This document shows, one piece after another, positions 37,654-40,273 of a stretch of DNA of 40,273 nucleotides. The notes beneath the pieces are model-generated. The model saw only the letters and a list, made by a program, of their open reading frames with translations. It was not told the DNA's origin and ran no database searches. Source of the DNA: Candidatus Nanohaloarchaea archaeon (GTDB taxonomy: Archaea; Nanohalarchaeota; Nanosalinia; Nanosalinales; Nanosalinaceae); NCBI GenBank assembly GCA_046539225.1, contig JBKHHG010000003.1, positions 1 through 40,273 on the forward strand, in the 5' to 3' direction. A program made the translations under genes and the position numbers. How positions within the stretch are numbered: the stretch's first letter is position 1; each line of letters begins with the position of its first letter.

Positions 37654-37995
37654 ATGGTTGAAGTACCTGAAGACACCGAAATAGAAGACCTTCCCTTCAC
37701 GCACGCCCGGATCAAAAGAATGATCAGAGAAGAAGCAGCGGACGGACAGTACGTACGTTCAAACGTCTACTACGGACTGAACCTTTTACTGGGCGAAATC
37801 GCGGAGGAAATCATCGAAAACATGATGGAGACAGACGCGGCCTACGTCGAAAAACACCACCTGGATCACGCGGCCAGAAAGTACGAGAAAGTAGAGAACA
37901 TCATAAAAGAAAAGGAACGGGTCGCAAGAAAACTCGAGGCCTTGAGCGCCGACGTCGAAAAACTCTCCCGGGAAGTAGAGCAGAGCGACGTCTAA
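37654..37995 (+). CDS. Histone-fold protein with C-terminal coiled coil
   Basis: LPF.HARIKRMIRE...V...long helix...V...HL..AA histone-fold pattern plus a ~35 aa heptad tail. Confidence 0.65.
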   Translation: MVEVPEDTEIEDLPFTHARIKRMIREEAADGQYVRSNVYYGLNLLLGEIAEEIIENMMETDAAYVEKHHLDHAARKYEKVENIIKEKERVARKLEALSADVEKLSREVEQSDV

Positions 37996-38058
37996 AAAAA
38001 CTTTTTTCTCTTAATTTTTCCCCTGTTATTTAAGCCTTATAACACCGTTATCTTTGTT

Positions 38059-38400
38059 ATGGATTTTGAGTCCGAGGCAATCGCTCAGGAATTTCTGCCC
38101 GCCGCAAGATCGCTTCTGGCAGAACAGCTTTCAGAAGAGTACGGCCTCTACCAGGAGGAAATCGCCGAGATCATGGGGATAACACAGGCCGCGGTCAGCC
38201 AGTACCTCAACAAGAAGAGAGCCAGCAAAAAACTTTTGAGAAAGATGAAAGACGACCCACAGATCATGCTCCTCCTGAACGAGGCAGCGGGAAACGCCGC
38301 CAGAGAAGAGGCCTACCTTGAAGAGTTCAGGCAGATACTTGAAACCGTCAAGGCCAAAGGCCTGATGAAGCAAAGTTTTGAAGACGTTGAAAAGCTCTGA
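38059..38400 (+). CDS. HTH transcriptional regulator
   Basis: E......LPA.R..LA..L...GL.QEEIA..MGITQAAVSQYL..KRA. Confidence 0.88.
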   Translation: MDFESEAIAQEFLPAARSLLAEQLSEEYGLYQEEIAEIMGITQAAVSQYLNKKRASKKLLRKMKDDPQIMLLLNEAAGNAAREEAYLEEFRQILETVKAKGLMKQSFEDVEKL

Positions 38401-40272
38401 CTACTTGAACTCGTACTCAACTTCATCCTCTTCCTCTCCGCCTCTCAGTTCCTCGATCTTCGACTTAAGTTTATCCACTAAGCCAGAATCCTCCGACTCG
38501 AAAGTATCGACGCCCTGATCGTTTCCGATATCAAGCTCGTACTCTGACAGGAACGAAAGATCGAACTCGTACTCATCACTGTAAACCACAAACCCGATTC
38601 CCCCCGCGATAATCAACAGGAAAAGGGCTGCGACAACCATTATCACCTTGTTCCTGTCATCGATACTCTGCTCTTTTTCAACAGTGCTGAAGGTTTCATC
38701 AGCAGCGTTAAACTCTTCATCGATACCTTCAAGAATGGAGTCAGCCCTGTAGTACTCTCCCTCGTCGACAGCCTCCCGTGCATCCTGGGCAGAAGACTCA
38801 AGGGTAGAGAAATCCTCATCCAACCTCTCCTTTCTCTCCTGCGAAAGCCCAGGCCTCAATGAATCAACCCGGGAACTCAGGTTTTCATAACTTCCCTCGT
38901 AATCCTCCAGATCCGACTCGATCTCACCCCGGGCCTCCTCATCAGCAGAGACAAGAACCGAGACAGTACCAGAGGCATCAACACTGCTCAAAGAAACATC
39001 GACCTCATACATCCCCAGATCATCATCCGTCGGCGAAAACTCGAGGTAGACCGACTCGGTCTCATTCGGCGGAATACTATCGAAAGAAACCGTTTCACCC
39101 AGTTCAGAGGCCTCAACATCGCCTCCAGGAATCAAGATCTTACCGGTATTCTCGATCTCCACTTCAAGGTTCTCAGTCGTTCCAGAAGTAACATTCAACT
39201 CGTCAGCAACGCTTAAAGAGGCCTCAGGCTCCTCATCAGGCCTGAAATCGAAGTCAAAGGACTCAGTGCTGCCCCACTTCCCAAAGTCGTCTTCAGCCCT
39301 CAAATAAAGTATGTTATCACCCTCATCGAGATCTGAAGTATCTGCCGTAAAGTTACCGTCAGAGACCTCAGTCCCATCACCTTCACCAGTATCCTCATCA
39401 AAGAAGTATTCCACGGTCTCAATTTCCGAAACAGCATCCAAGGCCTCATACTCGACATCAAAGTCATCGTTGAAAGTATCTAGACCTGTAGAAGTTTCTA
39501 AAGTTGAAATCGTAGGCGCGGACTCATCCAAACCATAGTCGTAAATGTCAGAACTCCAATCATTACCGGCCTCGTCCTCAAGCTCGACCTCGAACTCAAC
39601 ATCCTCGTCAAAGTAATCATCAGGGATTTCACAGGTAAACTCCTCATCCTCACCCTCTTCCAACTGGCCTAAATCAGCTGAATCCTCTTCATCACCTTCA
39701 ACAATACATAAGGCCTCAACACTGCTCTCATGATCCTCAGTCGCCTCAAAATCAACATCAATATCAAACTCATCCTCACCCTCAACATCGTGATCACCCT
39801 CCTCAGGATCCAGCTCGAAATTATCAGGATCAGGCTCAACAGTATCAACAACAAAATCCCAAGTACCTGACTCTTCATTACCGGCCTCATCGTAGGCCTC
39901 ATAATCAACATCGTACTCTCCGTCATCCAGATCATCAAAATCATCTGAGTCAATCTGAAGATCAACCGAGTCTTCATCTCCATCGTCCCATACATCTTCC
40001 TCTCCTTCAAAACTCAAAGTCGCGTTCTCAAGGCCTGAAATATCATCCTCAAAAGAGGCCTCAATATCAGGATCATCCTGATCAATCACTTCACCATCCT
40101 TAGGAGACTCCCCATCAACATCAGGATCCTGTGTATCAAGAGTCAAACCTTCAAGCTCCTCCGAATCAAGCTCATCATCACTATCGTTGTATGCAATTAC
40201 ATCAAAATCGTATTCTCCGTGTGTTCCACTGGCGTCATCATTTTTGCTGTAATCATAAGTGGCTTCGTCCTC
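38401..40272 (-). CDS. Very acidic cell-surface protein with Ig-like repeats, coiled-coil stalk and C-terminal TM (5' end outside window)
   Basis: Frame is open to the window edge; repeated DEAGN and D...P Ig-like signatures; TM VIMVVAALFLLIIAGGIGFVVY. Confidence 0.82.
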   Translation of the reverse strand, partial: EDEATYDYSKNDDASGTHGEYDFDVIAYNDSDDELDSEELEGLTLDTQDPDVDGESPKDGEVIDQDDPDIEASFEDDISGLENATLSFEGEEDVWDDGDEDSVDLQIDSDDFDDLDDGEYDVDYEAYDEAGNEESGTWDFVVDTVEPDPDNFELDPEEGDHDVEGEDEFDIDVDFEATEDHESSVEALCIVEGDEEDSADLGQLEEGEDEEFTCEIPDDYFDEDVEFEVELEDEAGNDWSSDIYDYGLDESAPTISTLETSTGLDTFNDDFDVEYEALDAVSEIETVEYFFDEDTGEGDGTEVSDGNFTADTSDLDEGDNILYLRAEDDFGKWGSTESFDFDFRPDEEPEASLSVADELNVTSGTTENLEVEIENTGKILIPGGDVEASELGETVSFDSIPPNETESVYLEFSPTDDDLGMYEVDVSLSSVDASGTVSVLVSADEEARGEIESDLEDYEGSYENLSSRVDSLRPGLSQERKERLDEDFSTLESSAQDAREAVDEGEYYRADSILEGIDEEFNAADETFSTVEKEQSIDDRNKVIMVVAALFLLIIAGGIGFVVYSDEYEFDLSFLSEYELDIGNDQGVDTFESEDSGLVDKLKSKIEELRGGEEEDEVEYEFK

Positions 40273-40273
40273 G

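Larger units (their letters stand above)
1..40273. repeat. Highly iterated palindrome AGGCCT
   Basis: 16 copies counted by eye in the first 3 kb; visibly frequent throughout the window. Confidence 0.9.

Noticed and set aside
37058..37684. 208-aa plus-strand ORF
   Set aside because: Overlaps three coupled minus-strand genes and has atypical composition.
1..40273. CRISPR array, transposase, integrase or provirus
   Set aside because: No regularly spaced repeats or mobile-element proteins recognised; AGGCCT copies are irregularly spaced and mostly intragenic.

Overview
Gene-dense archaeal chromosome segment with a very acidic proteome, short or overlapping intergenic spaces and single compact copies of core genes. 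This fits a halophilic DPANN archaeon, most likely Nanohaloarchaeota (inference). The left ~25 kb is information-processing core: S8e end, DRG GTPase, SSB, VLRF1, Nth, aIF-2beta, RPA32-like, MCM, TBP, RNase P proteins, L15e, DNA ligase, TrmB, Elp3, Adk, CCA enzyme, aIF-5A, histone, Nob1, TFB and Trm1. The right part holds a largely uncharacterised cluster (nucleotidyltransferase with two HEPN-like repeats, giant TIM-barrel metalloprotein, coiled-coil proteins, MoxR, DUF58, phosphoesterase), an MFS transporter, a coiled-coil histone-fold protein and a partial acidic surface protein. Main signals missed by the ORF track: (1) a ~340 bp scar at 24976-25310 with a probable atpH 3' end, the atpI 5' end and the atpD 3' end joined out of frame, i.e. 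a deleted A-type ATP synthase operon; (2) strong, frame-independent over-representation of the palindrome AGGCCT, resembling cyanobacterial HIP1; (3) two exact nucleotide repeats between old paralogous segments (29 bp inverted between two Nudix genes, 38 bp direct inside tbp), both containing AGGCCT; (4) a 34-codon ORF or structured RNA at 130-234. No rRNA, tRNA, CRISPR array or transposase was recognised.
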